DNA of 24,000 bases, taken from positions 1 through 24,000 of the forward strand of contig JAFTUC010000019.1 of the NCBI GenBank assembly GCA_017466445.1, written 5' to 3'. Source of the stretch: Clostridia bacterium (lineage in GTDB: Bacteria; Bacillota; Clostridia; Oscillospirales; CAG-272). The translations under genes and the position numbers were made by a program. This document shows positions 7,418 to 16,419 of this stretch, in pieces. Each line of letters begins with the position of its first letter. The first letter of the stretch is position 1. The notes beneath the pieces were generated by a model. That model was not told the DNA's origin and made no database searches. It saw nothing but the letters and a program-made list of their open reading frames with translations.

Positions 7418-7504
7418 GGCTTCTGTCAGTTTAGCAATTTATTTGCTTAAATGACAAGATAACGTGCGTTTACATAGTGACTAAGTTTGACAAATTCAAT
7501 ATTT

Positions 7505-7531
7505 TTAGCACTCTAACGCAAAGAGTGCTAA
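7505..7531 (+). promoter_or_regulatory. CIRCE element (HrcA operator)
   Basis: TTAGCACTC-taacgcaaa-GAGTGCTAA is a perfect match to the canonical CIRCE inverted repeat TTAGCACTC-N9-GAGTGCTAA. A TTGACA -35-like hexamer sits at 7487-7492, but I cannot find a good -10, so the exact promoter geometry is unresolved. Confidence 0.85.
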
Positions 7532-7694
7532 CTATTTACATTTAGGAAATAAAATATACTTTTTTCGTTAACAACTTCGGAGTAGAATAATAATGTCCCG
7601 AGGGGCGATGACCACAAGGATCCACGGTCGGTCGCCCGAACGAATAATAATATCAAAACGGGATAAAATATTAAAAAACACGGAGGAAAAAACG

Positions 7695-8123
7695 ATGATC
7701 GGACTTACACCTTACTACACAAGAAGCGTAAACGCATACAACCCCTTTTATGAGCTCGACAGACTCGAAAGAGCCTTCTTCGGTGACAGAACACAGCCTG
7801 TCGCGTTCAGGACGGATATAAGCGAAAAGGATAACGCTTATATTATCGAGTCCGACCTCCCCGGTATCAGCAAAGAGGATATCGATATAAATATCGGGGA
7901 CGGAGTTCTCACTGTCAAGGCTGAGAGGAAGCTTGAAAGCTCGGAGAATGATAACGGATACATCCGCAGAGAAAGAGCGTACGGCGTATTTGAGCGCAGC
8001 TTCAATATTTCGGATATTGATGCCGAAAAGATCGACGCCGAGTTCAAGGACGGAGTGCTTAAGCTGACGCTTCCCAAAAAGCAGATCGAGGAGCCTGTAT
8101 CAAGAAGGCTTGAGATAAGATAA
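7695..8123 (+). CDS. hsp20: Hsp20/alpha-crystallin family small heat-shock protein
   Basis: Alpha-crystallin domain: FRTDISEKDNAYIIESDLPGISKEDIDINIGDGVLTVKAERK...RRERAYGVFERSF...DAEFKDGVLKLTLPKK. Start chosen at ATG 7695 (GGAGG 8 nt upstream; 142 aa, the normal sHSP size) rather than the track's ATG at 7593. Confidence 0.9.
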   Translation: MIGLTPYYTRSVNAYNPFYELDRLERAFFGDRTQPVAFRTDISEKDNAYIIESDLPGISKEDIDINIGDGVLTVKAERKLESSENDNGYIRRERAYGVFERSFNISDIDAEKIDAEFKDGVLKLTLPKKQIEEPVSRRLEIR

Positions 8124-8130
8124 AATAAAT

Positions 8131-8166
8131 AAAAGATCAGCAGAGAGATCTCTCTGCTGATCTTTT
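8131..8166. terminator. Bidirectional intrinsic terminator shared by hsp20 (+) and the lipoprotein gene (-)
   Basis: Perfect 36-nt palindrome AAAAGATCAGCAGAGAGA|TCTCTCTGCTGATCTTTT, with A-runs and T-runs on both sides, lying between the two convergent stop codons (8123 and 8169). Confidence 0.8.
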
Positions 8167-8168
8167 AT

Positions 8169-8996
8169 TTATTTAAGATACCAGGTGAGCGGAGTTATGT
8201 ATATATCGAAGATATCGATATAATGGATCGGAATTACTCTTTCCCAGTTGTGGCTTACGGCCTCGTCGTAATACTCGAATTCTATTACGCAGGAGCCGTC
8301 GTGACGCTCGTATTTTATAAGATTTCCGTCATCATCGTACGAATATTTTTCGTAATCGGGGATCTCCTTACTCTTTTCCGGCTCGGCGTCTCCGACTGCC
8401 GTGTACGCAACGTAGGTGACCTTTTCAAAGCGTCCGTCCTTGCCTATTATGTACTCGCGGTAGGAATCGGTGCGGGTGATGACGCCGTTGTCATTTCTTA
8501 AGGAGTGACCCTTCGATCTGGTAACGGTTTTGGTGTCCGCATCGTAGGTAAAGAGCTCGGACTCTGTGTCAAGAGACGGAACGCCGTTTTTGTCGTAGCT
8601 TACCTTCCAGCTCTCGGTCGGTTTGTCCTCGTTGAATATCTCGGTTATTTTTTGATCGTCATCGTATATGAATACGGGAAGCTCAATATCATTGCTTAAC
8701 CAGAGGATCGAAAATTTCTTGCTTTCGGGATCGAAGATGCCCTTGTAATTTTCGATCGGATCCTTGAAATAATCCATATAAGACTCGAAATTGCAGACGT
8801 TTTCGTCCCAGCTTACATTGCAAACGACCGTCTCACCCTCGTACGTGACGGTCACCTTTTTGAGTCTTTTAAAATTGACAGAGTCGGGATCCTTATCCTT
8901 CTTTCCGCTATCGTCCGAGCCGTCTGACGGAGCACATCCCGCAAAGGCGAGCAGGAGTACGGATATCAAAAGAAGGATAGATAATAGTCTTTTCAT
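8169..8996 (-). CDS. Hypothetical lipoprotein
   Basis: Signal peptide with lipobox (MKRLLSILLLISVLLLAFAG|C) and an AAGGAG SD. The mature part is Asp/Lys/Tyr-rich with short YD-like segments (YSYDDDGNLIKYE, VSYDKNGVP, TYDADTKTV). I recognise no family. Confidence 0.7.
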   Translation of the reverse strand: MKRLLSILLLISVLLLAFAGCAPSDGSDDSGKKDKDPDSVNFKRLKKVTVTYEGETVVCNVSWDENVCNFESYMDYFKDPIENYKGIFDPESKKFSILWLSNDIELPVFIYDDDQKITEIFNEDKPTESWKVSYDKNGVPSLDTESELFTYDADTKTVTRSKGHSLRNDNGVITRTDSYREYIIGKDGRFEKVTYVAYTAVGDAEPEKSKEIPDYEKYSYDDDGNLIKYERHDGSCVIEFEYYDEAVSHNWERVIPIHYIDIFDIYITPLTWYLK

Positions 8997-9015
8997 CGCT
9001 TTTTTCTCCTTTTTA

Positions 9016-11250
9016 TTACATATAACCGCGTCTTACATCGAAAACGTGATCTATCATACGAAGCCGTGCCATTATAGATTTAAAATGCTCGATATTCTTG
9101 CATCCAACAACAAGATTCACCGTAATATCGTTGTCTCTGCTGTGTGTGTTGATCTGATAGAGCATTACTCTCATCTCGGCGATCGCGGAGGTTATGCTTG
9201 CGATAAGCTGGATATCGTTTTCGGCAAACACCTGGATAAACGATTCGTAAAGTCCGTCCTGCTTCTTCTCCTCGGGAGCCTCCTCCCAGAATATGCTGAT
9301 AAAGCGGTCGACCTTTTCGGGCTTTTTGAGACCGGAAACTACGTTTATGCAATCACGCTTGTGTACGGACACTCCGGAGCCGCGGGTGATGAATCCGATT
9401 ATCTTGTCGCCGGGCAGCGGATTGCAGCATTTTGCGAATTTTACCTCGCAGCCATCGAGTCCGTCAACAATGACCCCGCTCGAGGAGGTCCTGCGTCTGA
9501 CCGCGGTCTTTATCTCGACATCGGGCACGCTCTTTTGTGTGGGTACCTGCTCGATAGGCTTTACGACCTTGTCAAATTCGTCGCGAAGCTTCGTTTGTAT
9601 CTTGCTTACGCTGAGACCGCCGTATCCGATCGTGTTGAGAAGATCGTCGACAGTTTGAAAGCCCATTCGCGAGGCGATCTTTGAAAGTATCTCGTCGCGC
9701 TGAGCTGCATTATACGGTCTTCCGAAGTGACGGAATTCCTTTTCGATCTCGCTGCGTCCGACGACGATGTTTTCGGGACGCTTCTCCTTTTTGAACCACT
9801 GCCTGATCTTGTTTCTTGCCTCGCCTGTTTTGACCGTGTTCAGCCAATTACGCTTGGGTCCCTTTGAGGAAGAGGAGGTCAGTATCTCAACTATATCTCC
9901 GTTGTGGGGACTTCTGTCTATAGGCGATATTATTCCGTTGACCTTTGCGCCGATCATGCTGTTTCCGACGCCCGAATGTATCGCGTAAGCGAAGTCTATG
10001 AGAGTAGCGCCCTGGGGAAGAGCGACAACGTCTCCCTTTGGGGTGAATACGAATACCTCGTCATGGAATATATCGACCTTGAGGGCGCGTAAGAATTCGT
10101 CGGGATCGCGCGTGTTGTCCTCGGTCTCGATAAGCTTTGCTATCCATTCGAGCTTTGTATCGATCTCCTCGGAGCTTCTTCTGTCGCCCGACTTGTATTT
10201 CCAGTGTGCGGCGACACCGTATTCCGCGATCTGATGCATCTTTCGCGTTCTTATCTGCACCTCAAAGGGGATTCCGTCACGGCCTATGACCGTGGTGTGG
10301 AGCGACTGATACATATTAGGCTTGGGAGTAGATATATAGTCCTTGAAGCGTCCGGGGACCGACTTGTACGCATCGTGTATAAGACCGAGCACCGTGTAGC
10401 AGTCAAGCTCTGTCTGAGTTATTATCCTTACCGCGTAAAAGTCGTATATCTCGTCAAAGCTCTTGTTCTGATTGAACATTTTACGGTAGATACTGTATAC
10501 GCTCTTTACTCGTCCCTCGAGCGAATAATCGATGTGGTATTCATCAAGCTTTTCGGAGAGCATCTCCTTTGTACGGGTTATAAAGTCACGGTTCTGACCG
10601 TATTTTTCATCTATGTCCGCCTTGACCTCGGCATATCCGATCGGATCGAGGAAGGAAAGCGAGAGATTTTCGAGCTCCTGCTTGATACGCTGCATACCGA
10701 GTCGGTGTGCGAGCGGAGCATAGACCTGCATGGTCTCGTGCGCAACGTTTCGTCTTTTTTCGTCGCGGCGGACCGAAAGGGTACGCATATTGTGGAGCCT
10801 GTCGCAAAGCTTTATGAAGATGACTCTGATGTCCTTCGACATTGCGAGAAACATCTTGCGAAGGTTCTCCATATGCTCCTCTTCCTTGTCATCGAAGGGG
10901 ATCTTTACGAGCTTCGTGAGTCCGTCGACGAGCATTTCGATGGTGGAGCCGAATTCCTTTCTGATGCTTTCAAGAGAGACCGAGCAGTCCTCGACAGTGT
11001 CATGAAGAAGTGCGGCACAGATGGAATCGGTGTCAAGTCCGAGTGAATATACGATCTCGGCTACCGCTATCGGATGTATTATATACGGCTCACCGCTTAC
11101 TCTGTACTGACCCGCGTGAAGCTTTTCGGCAAACAGATATGCCTTTTCTATTTTTGCAATGTCATATTTGGTCGGATTTTCGCTGAGAAGCGCCTTTAAA
11201 CGGTCAAAATTTGAATTATACTGTTCTATAGAGCTTAAACCGTTATCCAT
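9016..11250 (-). CDS. relA: Bifunctional (p)ppGpp synthetase/hydrolase, long RSH (RelA/SpoT)
   Basis: 744 aa. HD hydrolase motif (LLHDTVED), synthetase motif (RFKDYISTPKPNMYQSLHTTV), TGS region (VFTPKGDVVALPQGATLIDFAYAIH) and a C-terminal ACT-like domain. Confidence 0.95.
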   Translation of the reverse strand: MDNGLSSIEQYNSNFDRLKALLSENPTKYDIAKIEKAYLFAEKLHAGQYRVSGEPYIIHPIAVAEIVYSLGLDTDSICAALLHDTVEDCSVSLESIRKEFGSTIEMLVDGLTKLVKIPFDDKEEEHMENLRKMFLAMSKDIRVIFIKLCDRLHNMRTLSVRRDEKRRNVAHETMQVYAPLAHRLGMQRIKQELENLSLSFLDPIGYAEVKADIDEKYGQNRDFITRTKEMLSEKLDEYHIDYSLEGRVKSVYSIYRKMFNQNKSFDEIYDFYAVRIITQTELDCYTVLGLIHDAYKSVPGRFKDYISTPKPNMYQSLHTTVIGRDGIPFEVQIRTRKMHQIAEYGVAAHWKYKSGDRRSSEEIDTKLEWIAKLIETEDNTRDPDEFLRALKVDIFHDEVFVFTPKGDVVALPQGATLIDFAYAIHSGVGNSMIGAKVNGIISPIDRSPHNGDIVEILTSSSSKGPKRNWLNTVKTGEARNKIRQWFKKEKRPENIVVGRSEIEKEFRHFGRPYNAAQRDEILSKIASRMGFQTVDDLLNTIGYGGLSVSKIQTKLRDEFDKVVKPIEQVPTQKSVPDVEIKTAVRRRTSSSGVIVDGLDGCEVKFAKCCNPLPGDKIIGFITRGSGVSVHKRDCINVVSGLKKPEKVDRFISIFWEEAPEEKKQDGLYESFIQVFAENDIQLIASITSAIAEMRVMLYQINTHSRDNDITVNLVVGCKNIEHFKSIMARLRMIDHVFDVRRGYM

Positions 11251-11289
11251 AGCCGTGTGCCCCTTTCATTTTGATTTAACGGATCTGAA

Positions 11290-13425
11290 TTATTTGTCTG
11301 CGAGAGATCTCATTTTTACGTAGAAGGGAGATCTTTCGATATCTATCTTGTTTTTGACAAAATTTACGCTGAAACGGAAATTTTCATCACACTGATCGGA
11401 GAATTCAATGCTGACGAGACCGGTCTCGTTAAGCACCGAAAGAACTGTCATAAGCTTGCAGTATGAGATCTTTCCACCGAGACTGCGTATTATCTCGCGT
11501 ATTCCCGTGCAGTCGTCACGGTAGATACCGGGACGGCGCTTTAAATAAAGGTAGACCTGTGTGAAATCCTCCCTGCAGGGCAGGATATCGTCCTCTCTTT
11601 TGTAGGTCTTCCCGTCGAGTATGTCGCGGTAGAAACGCTTTTCCTGCTCGCTTATTCTGAAGGGAAGAGCCTCTGAGACCTTGAGATCCCGTACTATCAT
11701 CTGCACCTCGGTGACTCCCCTGAATTCGTTTATTCCGATAGTAAAGGCGAGATCGACCGTGTCTCCGATATATATAGGAAGGGAAGGACGCGAATGTCCG
11801 AAATAAAGAGCGCTCAGCGTGACGCCGTCCTTCTCAACGATAAGCTTCGTGTGCTTCTGCGCAAGCGAGATGACGTCCTTTACGCTCACGTCCTTCATAA
11901 AGAAGAGCGGACTCGGGTTTGAAACTCCGTACGGCTCGAGTAAAAGAAGCTCGTTTGCCTGCTCTACGGTGATGTCGGAGGGATCTATATAGGCGTCCGC
12001 CTCTATAGGGGTCACGCATAGCTCGTCGGAGACGTTTTCCCGTACGTAATCGTTGATGCGCTTTTTGAAAGCCTCGAAATTACCCCTCTCGACGGTAAGA
12101 CCTGCCGCAAGCTCGTGACCGCCGTACTTTACGAGCAGGTCGCTGCAGTAGGTGAGCGCGTCGACGAGATTTATTCCGTTTACGCTTCGTCCCGAGCCCT
12201 TTCCGATGTTGTTTTCGTCAAAGGAAACGAGGATAGAGGGCATTCCGAAGCGCTCTGTGATCCTTGATGCTACGATGCCGATGACTCCGTGATGCCAGTT
12301 TTCCTCCGAAAGAACGATCACCTTGTCATTTTCAAAATCGAAGCTGCTGCGGATCTTTTCCGCCGCCTCGTCGATTATTCGGTTCTCCTCGGCCTGACGT
12401 CTGCGGTTTATTTCGCAGAGCTCGTTTGCCATGTCGAGCGCACTCTCCTCGCTCGAGCCGAGAAAGAGTTTTACCGCCTTTTCGGCGCTTTCTATGCGCC
12501 CTGCGGCATTTATGCGCGGCGCTATGTTGAAGCTTATTACGGATGACGTGATCTTCTGAGGCGCTTTGGACTTTTTGTCATTTCCCGCAGCTGCCGAAAG
12601 AAGAGCCTTTATTCCGACCCTCGGGCAGGTGTTGAGCAGGGAAAGACCCTCGGTGACGAGAAGTCTGTTTTCGCTGATCAGCGGCATTACGTCAGCGACC
12701 GTTCCGATGGCGACGAGATCGACGAATTTTTTCGCACCGATCATGCTTCCCGTCCGTCTTTTTTCGAGAGCGCAGATCAGCTTGAAGACTACACCGACTC
12801 CCGCAAGCTCGCAGAAGGGATAGGCGCTGTCATCTCGCATAGGATTTACTACGGCGATCGCCTTAGGAAGCTCTGAAAGACATTCGTGATGATCGGTCAC
12901 GACGACGTCGATACCGAGAGATGATGCGTACAGTATCTCCTCAAGTGCGGTCACGCCCGTGTCTACCGTGATCATAAGAGAGACCTTTTTTTCGGAAAGC
13001 TGGAATATCGCGTCGTTGTTGACTCCGTATCCCTCGGTGCTTCTGCTCGGTATGTAATATTCGGGCGAGAGTCCGATCTCGCAAAGATAGGTGTAAAGAA
13101 TGCTCACCGACGTGACACCGTCAACGTCGTAGTCACCGTATATCACCGTTTTTTCTTTGTTTTTGGCGGCCTCGAGTATTCTGTCTACCGCCTTGTCCAT
13201 GTCGGGCATGAGAAAAGGATCGTAATAGCTTACGGACGAGGAGTCTATAAATGCGCGTGCCTTTTCGGGTGTGTTGTGACCTCTGTTATATATGAGCAGG
13301 GCGGTGAGCGGCGTTACGCCAAGACTTTCGGCAAGAGCGACGACGTCGGGATCGCTTGCCCTTTTCTGAGAGCGCAGAGCCCATTTTTTTTCGTTAGATG
13401 CGGTATTTTCGTAAACGTTTGCCAT
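11290..13425 (-). CDS. recJ: Single-stranded-DNA-specific exonuclease RecJ
   Basis: 711 aa. DHH-family motifs in RecJ order: YGDYDVDGVTS, TVDTG, VVTDHHE, and DHHA1 GGHELAAG. A C-terminal extension is present, as in long Firmicutes RecJ. recJ upstream of relA is common Firmicutes synteny. Confidence 0.9.
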   Translation of the reverse strand: MANVYENTASNEKKWALRSQKRASDPDVVALAESLGVTPLTALLIYNRGHNTPEKARAFIDSSSVSYYDPFLMPDMDKAVDRILEAAKNKEKTVIYGDYDVDGVTSVSILYTYLCEIGLSPEYYIPSRSTEGYGVNNDAIFQLSEKKVSLMITVDTGVTALEEILYASSLGIDVVVTDHHECLSELPKAIAVVNPMRDDSAYPFCELAGVGVVFKLICALEKRRTGSMIGAKKFVDLVAIGTVADVMPLISENRLLVTEGLSLLNTCPRVGIKALLSAAAGNDKKSKAPQKITSSVISFNIAPRINAAGRIESAEKAVKLFLGSSEESALDMANELCEINRRRQAEENRIIDEAAEKIRSSFDFENDKVIVLSEENWHHGVIGIVASRITERFGMPSILVSFDENNIGKGSGRSVNGINLVDALTYCSDLLVKYGGHELAAGLTVERGNFEAFKKRINDYVRENVSDELCVTPIEADAYIDPSDITVEQANELLLLEPYGVSNPSPLFFMKDVSVKDVISLAQKHTKLIVEKDGVTLSALYFGHSRPSLPIYIGDTVDLAFTIGINEFRGVTEVQMIVRDLKVSEALPFRISEQEKRFYRDILDGKTYKREDDILPCREDFTQVYLYLKRRPGIYRDDCTGIREIIRSLGGKISYCKLMTVLSVLNETGLVSIEFSDQCDENFRFSVNFVKNKIDIERSPFYVKMRSLADK

Positions 13426-13466
13426 TTATCCTCCGAGTGGATGTGAAAAAACTACTATGATTTGTA

Positions 13467-13500
13467 AAAGACGCCCGAACACTCGTTAAGGGCGTCTTTT
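13467..13500 (-). terminator. Intrinsic terminator after cdaR
   Basis: AAAAGACGCCC - 12 nt - GGGCGTCTTTT, with a G+C-rich stem and T-runs on both strands, 27 nt downstream of the cdaR stop (13527). Confidence 0.7.
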
Positions 13501-13526
13501 ATTTTGCGTGTTTGTCTGCTTGGATC

Positions 13527-14852
13527 TTAAAGAGGAGTGACCTCTCCTCCGATAGACGGAGTGTTGTCGCTTATCTGCGAGGCACCCACTACTACCGTGT
13601 ACGGCATATCGAGAATGTAGATCGAGTCTCTGAAATTCTCTGCTACCAGAAGTATTACCGGGATCTCATCGCCCTCCTTGGCGCTCGTTGCGTCCGCGCT
13701 CGCTATTATGCAGGAAACGGGAAGCTTTGATCCGATAAGCGAGGGATCGGCAGTCGATGAGAAGCGTACGAGTACGTTTATGTCGGTCTGCGCGCTGAGT
13801 CCGCTTGTTGAAAGGAGCTCGACGTTTTTAGCGGGGATCTTGACGTAGGTGTGCTTTATTTCGGATACGAATATGCTGACCTCCGCCTCGGTGACCTCGC
13901 TTCCGTCGGTAGCTACCATACGTACTCCGTCGGGAAGAGAAATATCACTTACAGTGAAGCTTCTGTCGGTAAGCTCTTTTGTCTCGTCTATGTCAGCGAC
14001 CGAGATATACGAGATCTTTTCTATCGCCTCGGGAGAGCCGATAAGAGTAACAGACGAGGGAGATACGCTTACGTTACTGTCGTCGAAATATCCGTGCTTG
14101 CCGCTCGCAGTGAGCTTTACCGTCTTTTCCATGTATATAGAAAGCTTTACGGTCAGAATATCGGTGTTCACCTTTACGCTGAGGTTTTTGCTCTTTATCT
14201 CGTCACCGAATTTGTCGATGAGAATGACCTCTGCGGCTACCGTCTGTCCGTTAGTCGCGTTTCCTATGCTCGATGTGCGTACCTTTATGCTGTCAACAGA
14301 GTCAAGCTCAAGCGTGGGACCGCTTACGGTCGCCTTGGTCGCGTTTACCGTGCTTTTGTCGAAATGGCATCCCGATCCGAGATTCCACCCGAAGAGCTCA
14401 ACCGAATCGGACGAGATCATGAAGATCTTTTCGCTCGATTTGTCCACGGTGACAGTCACCTTTTCGACTGTCTGCGCGGTAAGAGTCGTCTTGTCGGGAG
14501 TCGTTATGTTGACGTTCAGGGAATATTCGCCCGGCTGAGTGATCGACTCGAGTGATATTTGCGCCTTTATGTCCGACTTGGAAACGCTTCGTACCTCACG
14601 CTGACTTCCCATTATAGTGACGTTGACAGTATCGATGCTTATCGACTGTACCACGAGCCCGTGCTGTTTTATCTGCGTGTTGTCGTATTCTATATCGATA
14701 AGATTAAAGGTCTCCTCTACGGTTATGTTGTCAAGACTTGTCGCGTAGAGCCAAAAGGTAAAAGCAAGAACGAGCGATACTATCCAGAGTATCCATATTC
14801 GCCTTTTCTTGGGACCGACACCCGCTATATTTGCCTTTTTTATGTTACTCAA
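13527..14852 (-). CDS. cdaR: YbbR-domain protein CdaR (regulator of diadenylate cyclase CdaA)
   Basis: Lies immediately downstream of cdaA. It has an N-terminal TM segment (IWILWIVSLVLAFTFWLYA) followed by repeated beta-rich YbbR-like modules rich in V/T/S. Start placed at the TTG at complement of 14850-14852, with GGAGG 7 nt upstream. The track start (14867) would begin inside that SD. Confidence 0.8.
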   Translation of the reverse strand: MSNIKKANIAGVGPKKRRIWILWIVSLVLAFTFWLYATSLDNITVEETFNLIDIEYDNTQIKQHGLVVQSISIDTVNVTIMGSQREVRSVSKSDIKAQISLESITQPGEYSLNVNITTPDKTTLTAQTVEKVTVTVDKSSEKIFMISSDSVELFGWNLGSGCHFDKSTVNATKATVSGPTLELDSVDSIKVRTSSIGNATNGQTVAAEVILIDKFGDEIKSKNLSVKVNTDILTVKLSIYMEKTVKLTASGKHGYFDDSNVSVSPSSVTLIGSPEAIEKISYISVADIDETKELTDRSFTVSDISLPDGVRMVATDGSEVTEAEVSIFVSEIKHTYVKIPAKNVELLSTSGLSAQTDINVLVRFSSTADPSLIGSKLPVSCIIASADATSAKEGDEIPVILLVAENFRDSIYILDMPYTVVVGASQISDNTPSIGGEVTPL

Positions 14853-14907
14853 ATCTGCTACCTCCAAACGGACCTGCCGTTTTCAGTTTGTTTGCTGCCT
14901 TGCGTGA

Positions 14908-15771
14908 TCATTTCTTTTTGAATATGTTGAATATGCCTCTTCCGGAGGTCTTTTTAGCTTCGCTCTCGATGATCGAGTCCGGGTTTATGAGAACGCTGCC
15001 AAGCTTGTTTTTCAGCGAGGAATAATCGTATCCGCGCTGAAGATCGCCGTCTATGACGGTCGATATCGTTCCCGTCTCCTCGCTGACGACCACGACTATG
15101 GCATCGCTTATCTCGCTTATGCCGAGTGCGGCACGGTGACGGGTTCCGAGATCTCTGAGTATGTCCTCACGCTGAGAAAGAGGAAGAAAGCATCCCGCAG
15201 CATAGAGCCTGCCGTCTCTGATGACGACCGCTCCGTCATGAAGGGGAGCGCCCTTGAAGAATATGTTCCTGATGGCGAAATCGGAAAGCTCTGCGTCGAG
15301 AACAGTTCCGCTTTTGATGTACTCTCCGAGCTTTGTGGAGCGCTCGATCACTATGAGAGCGCCCGTCTTTTCGGAGGACATCTCGATAGCCGCCGTACAG
15401 ATTTCCTTTACCGATTCGGTTATCTTTTGCTGGTTTTTCGAATCCGTGAAGCTCTTGAAACCCTTAATCGGCTCGCCGCCCACCTTTTCAAGCGCGGAAC
15501 GGAGCTCCGGCTGGAAGATTATGAAGAGGACGATAAATCCGAACTGGAAGAAATATTCAAGAAGGAAGGTGACTGCAGTGAGATTGAAGAAGCTGCATAC
15601 GAGATTGAATAAAAGAAGTATTCCCACGCCCGCCGCGAGCTTTCCCGCACGTCGCTCTCTTAAAAAGTTTATGGCGACGTAAAGGAGGATCGCTACTATC
15701 GCGATGTCGATGAAATCCTTGAAGGATATCGATTTTATGATATCAAGGTAGGATAAAAGGATCTTTTTCAT
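14908..15771 (-). CDS. cdaA: Diadenylate cyclase CdaA (c-di-AMP synthase)
   Basis: Three N-terminal TM segments followed by a DAC (DisA_N) domain with the diagnostic motifs LHDGAVVI and GTRHRAALG. AGGAG SD 7 nt upstream. Confidence 0.95.
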   Translation of the reverse strand: MKKILLSYLDIIKSISFKDFIDIAIVAILLYVAINFLRERRAGKLAAGVGILLLFNLVCSFFNLTAVTFLLEYFFQFGFIVLFIIFQPELRSALEKVGGEPIKGFKSFTDSKNQQKITESVKEICTAAIEMSSEKTGALIVIERSTKLGEYIKSGTVLDAELSDFAIRNIFFKGAPLHDGAVVIRDGRLYAAGCFLPLSQREDILRDLGTRHRAALGISEISDAIVVVVSEETGTISTVIDGDLQRGYDYSSLKNKLGSVLINPDSIIESEAKKTSGRGIFNIFKKK

Positions 15772-15831
15772 GAGTCGCTCCTATCAGACTTTTGCTTAAT
15801 ATTGTATGCTATGACCGGAATGTCAGAGGAC

Positions 15832-16350
15832 TTATTCGGGAAAAATTATTTCGTCGTGACCGCATCTTTTCATTTCGGAAAAGAAGTATGCCGAAAGAGG
15901 TAAGTTCTCGAGCCTTTTTGACTTTCGTATTCTTTCACCGAGGAAGAGTATCGAGGTCGTAAGCTCGCTCTCAAGCTGGTAAAGCTCGGTCTCGGCATTC
16001 TTTATGGAGTTGCCTCTTTCCTTTTTTAAATCCTCGCTTTGCGAAACTGCGTCGATAAGAAGCGAGAGCTCGGCATCAAGCGAGATGTTTATGTCGCAGA
16101 GCTGCTGAGGAGTCGCATCTTCGGGAATGGGAAAATCCTTTTTGTCGGGAATCGCGCTTCCCGAAAGAAAGAACATGATGCCGTGTATCCTCTCATAGAC
16201 CTCGATACGCGAAAGAGTAAGCTCGCGAATCCTGTCTGTTGAAGTGTCGATGTCAGAGAGCACGGTACTGTAGTAAGCTCTCATAAGCAGCACAGTAAGT
16301 ACCGAGCATGCGCCCGATATGAGTACTGTTAAAAGTATGGGGAGCCACAA
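15832..16350 (-). CDS. Hypothetical membrane-anchored, helical/coiled-coil protein
   Basis: 172 aa. TTG start with GGAGGTGA 7 nt upstream. One N-terminal TM segment (WLPILLTVLISGACSVLTVLL), then predicted helical sequence (ELSLLIDAVSQSEDLKKERGNSIKNAETELYQLESEL). I recognise no family. It lies 60 nt upstream of cdaA on the same strand. Confidence 0.6.
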   Translation of the reverse strand: MWLPILLTVLISGACSVLTVLLMRAYYSTVLSDIDTSTDRIRELTLSRIEVYERIHGIMFFLSGSAIPDKKDFPIPEDATPQQLCDINISLDAELSLLIDAVSQSEDLKKERGNSIKNAETELYQLESELTTSILFLGERIRKSKRLENLPLSAYFFSEMKRCGHDEIIFPE

Positions 16351-16419
16351 GATGCCGTCACCTCCGTTTACTGTGATATGAAGCTCCGATATGCCAAAGG
16401 CAATTCTTCGTTAACATAC

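Noticed and set aside
7593-7694. The upstream ATG (7593) giving a 176-aa Hsp20
   Set aside because: The extra 34 residues (MSRGAMTTRIHGRSPERIIISKRDK...) are not sHSP-like. GGAG is 10 nt away, whereas ATG 7695 has GGAGG at 8 nt and yields the usual ~142-aa size.
8791-11046. Long plus-strand ORFs 8791-9684 (297 aa) and 10204-11046 (280 aa) antisense to the lipoprotein gene and relA
   Set aside because: These are shadow ORFs of relA. They have no start-site signals, no recognisable domains, and are fully overlapped by a 744-aa conserved RSH gene.
11290-13425. Possibility that the DHH/DHHA1 protein next to cdaA-cdaR is a c-di-AMP phosphodiesterase (GdpP/DhhP-like) rather than RecJ
   Set aside because: The motif order and sequences (DYDVDG, TVDTG, TDHHE, GGHELAAG), the 711-aa length without PAS/GGDEF or TM regions, and the recJ-relA synteny all fit RecJ. 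A terminator separates it from cdaR.
13849-14555. Two overlapping plus-strand ORFs (229 and 234 aa) antisense to cdaR, so three frames are open simultaneously
   Set aside because: This is a consequence of the stop-poor, repetitive V/T/S/D codon composition of the YbbR repeats. Neither ORF has an SD or a family resemblance.
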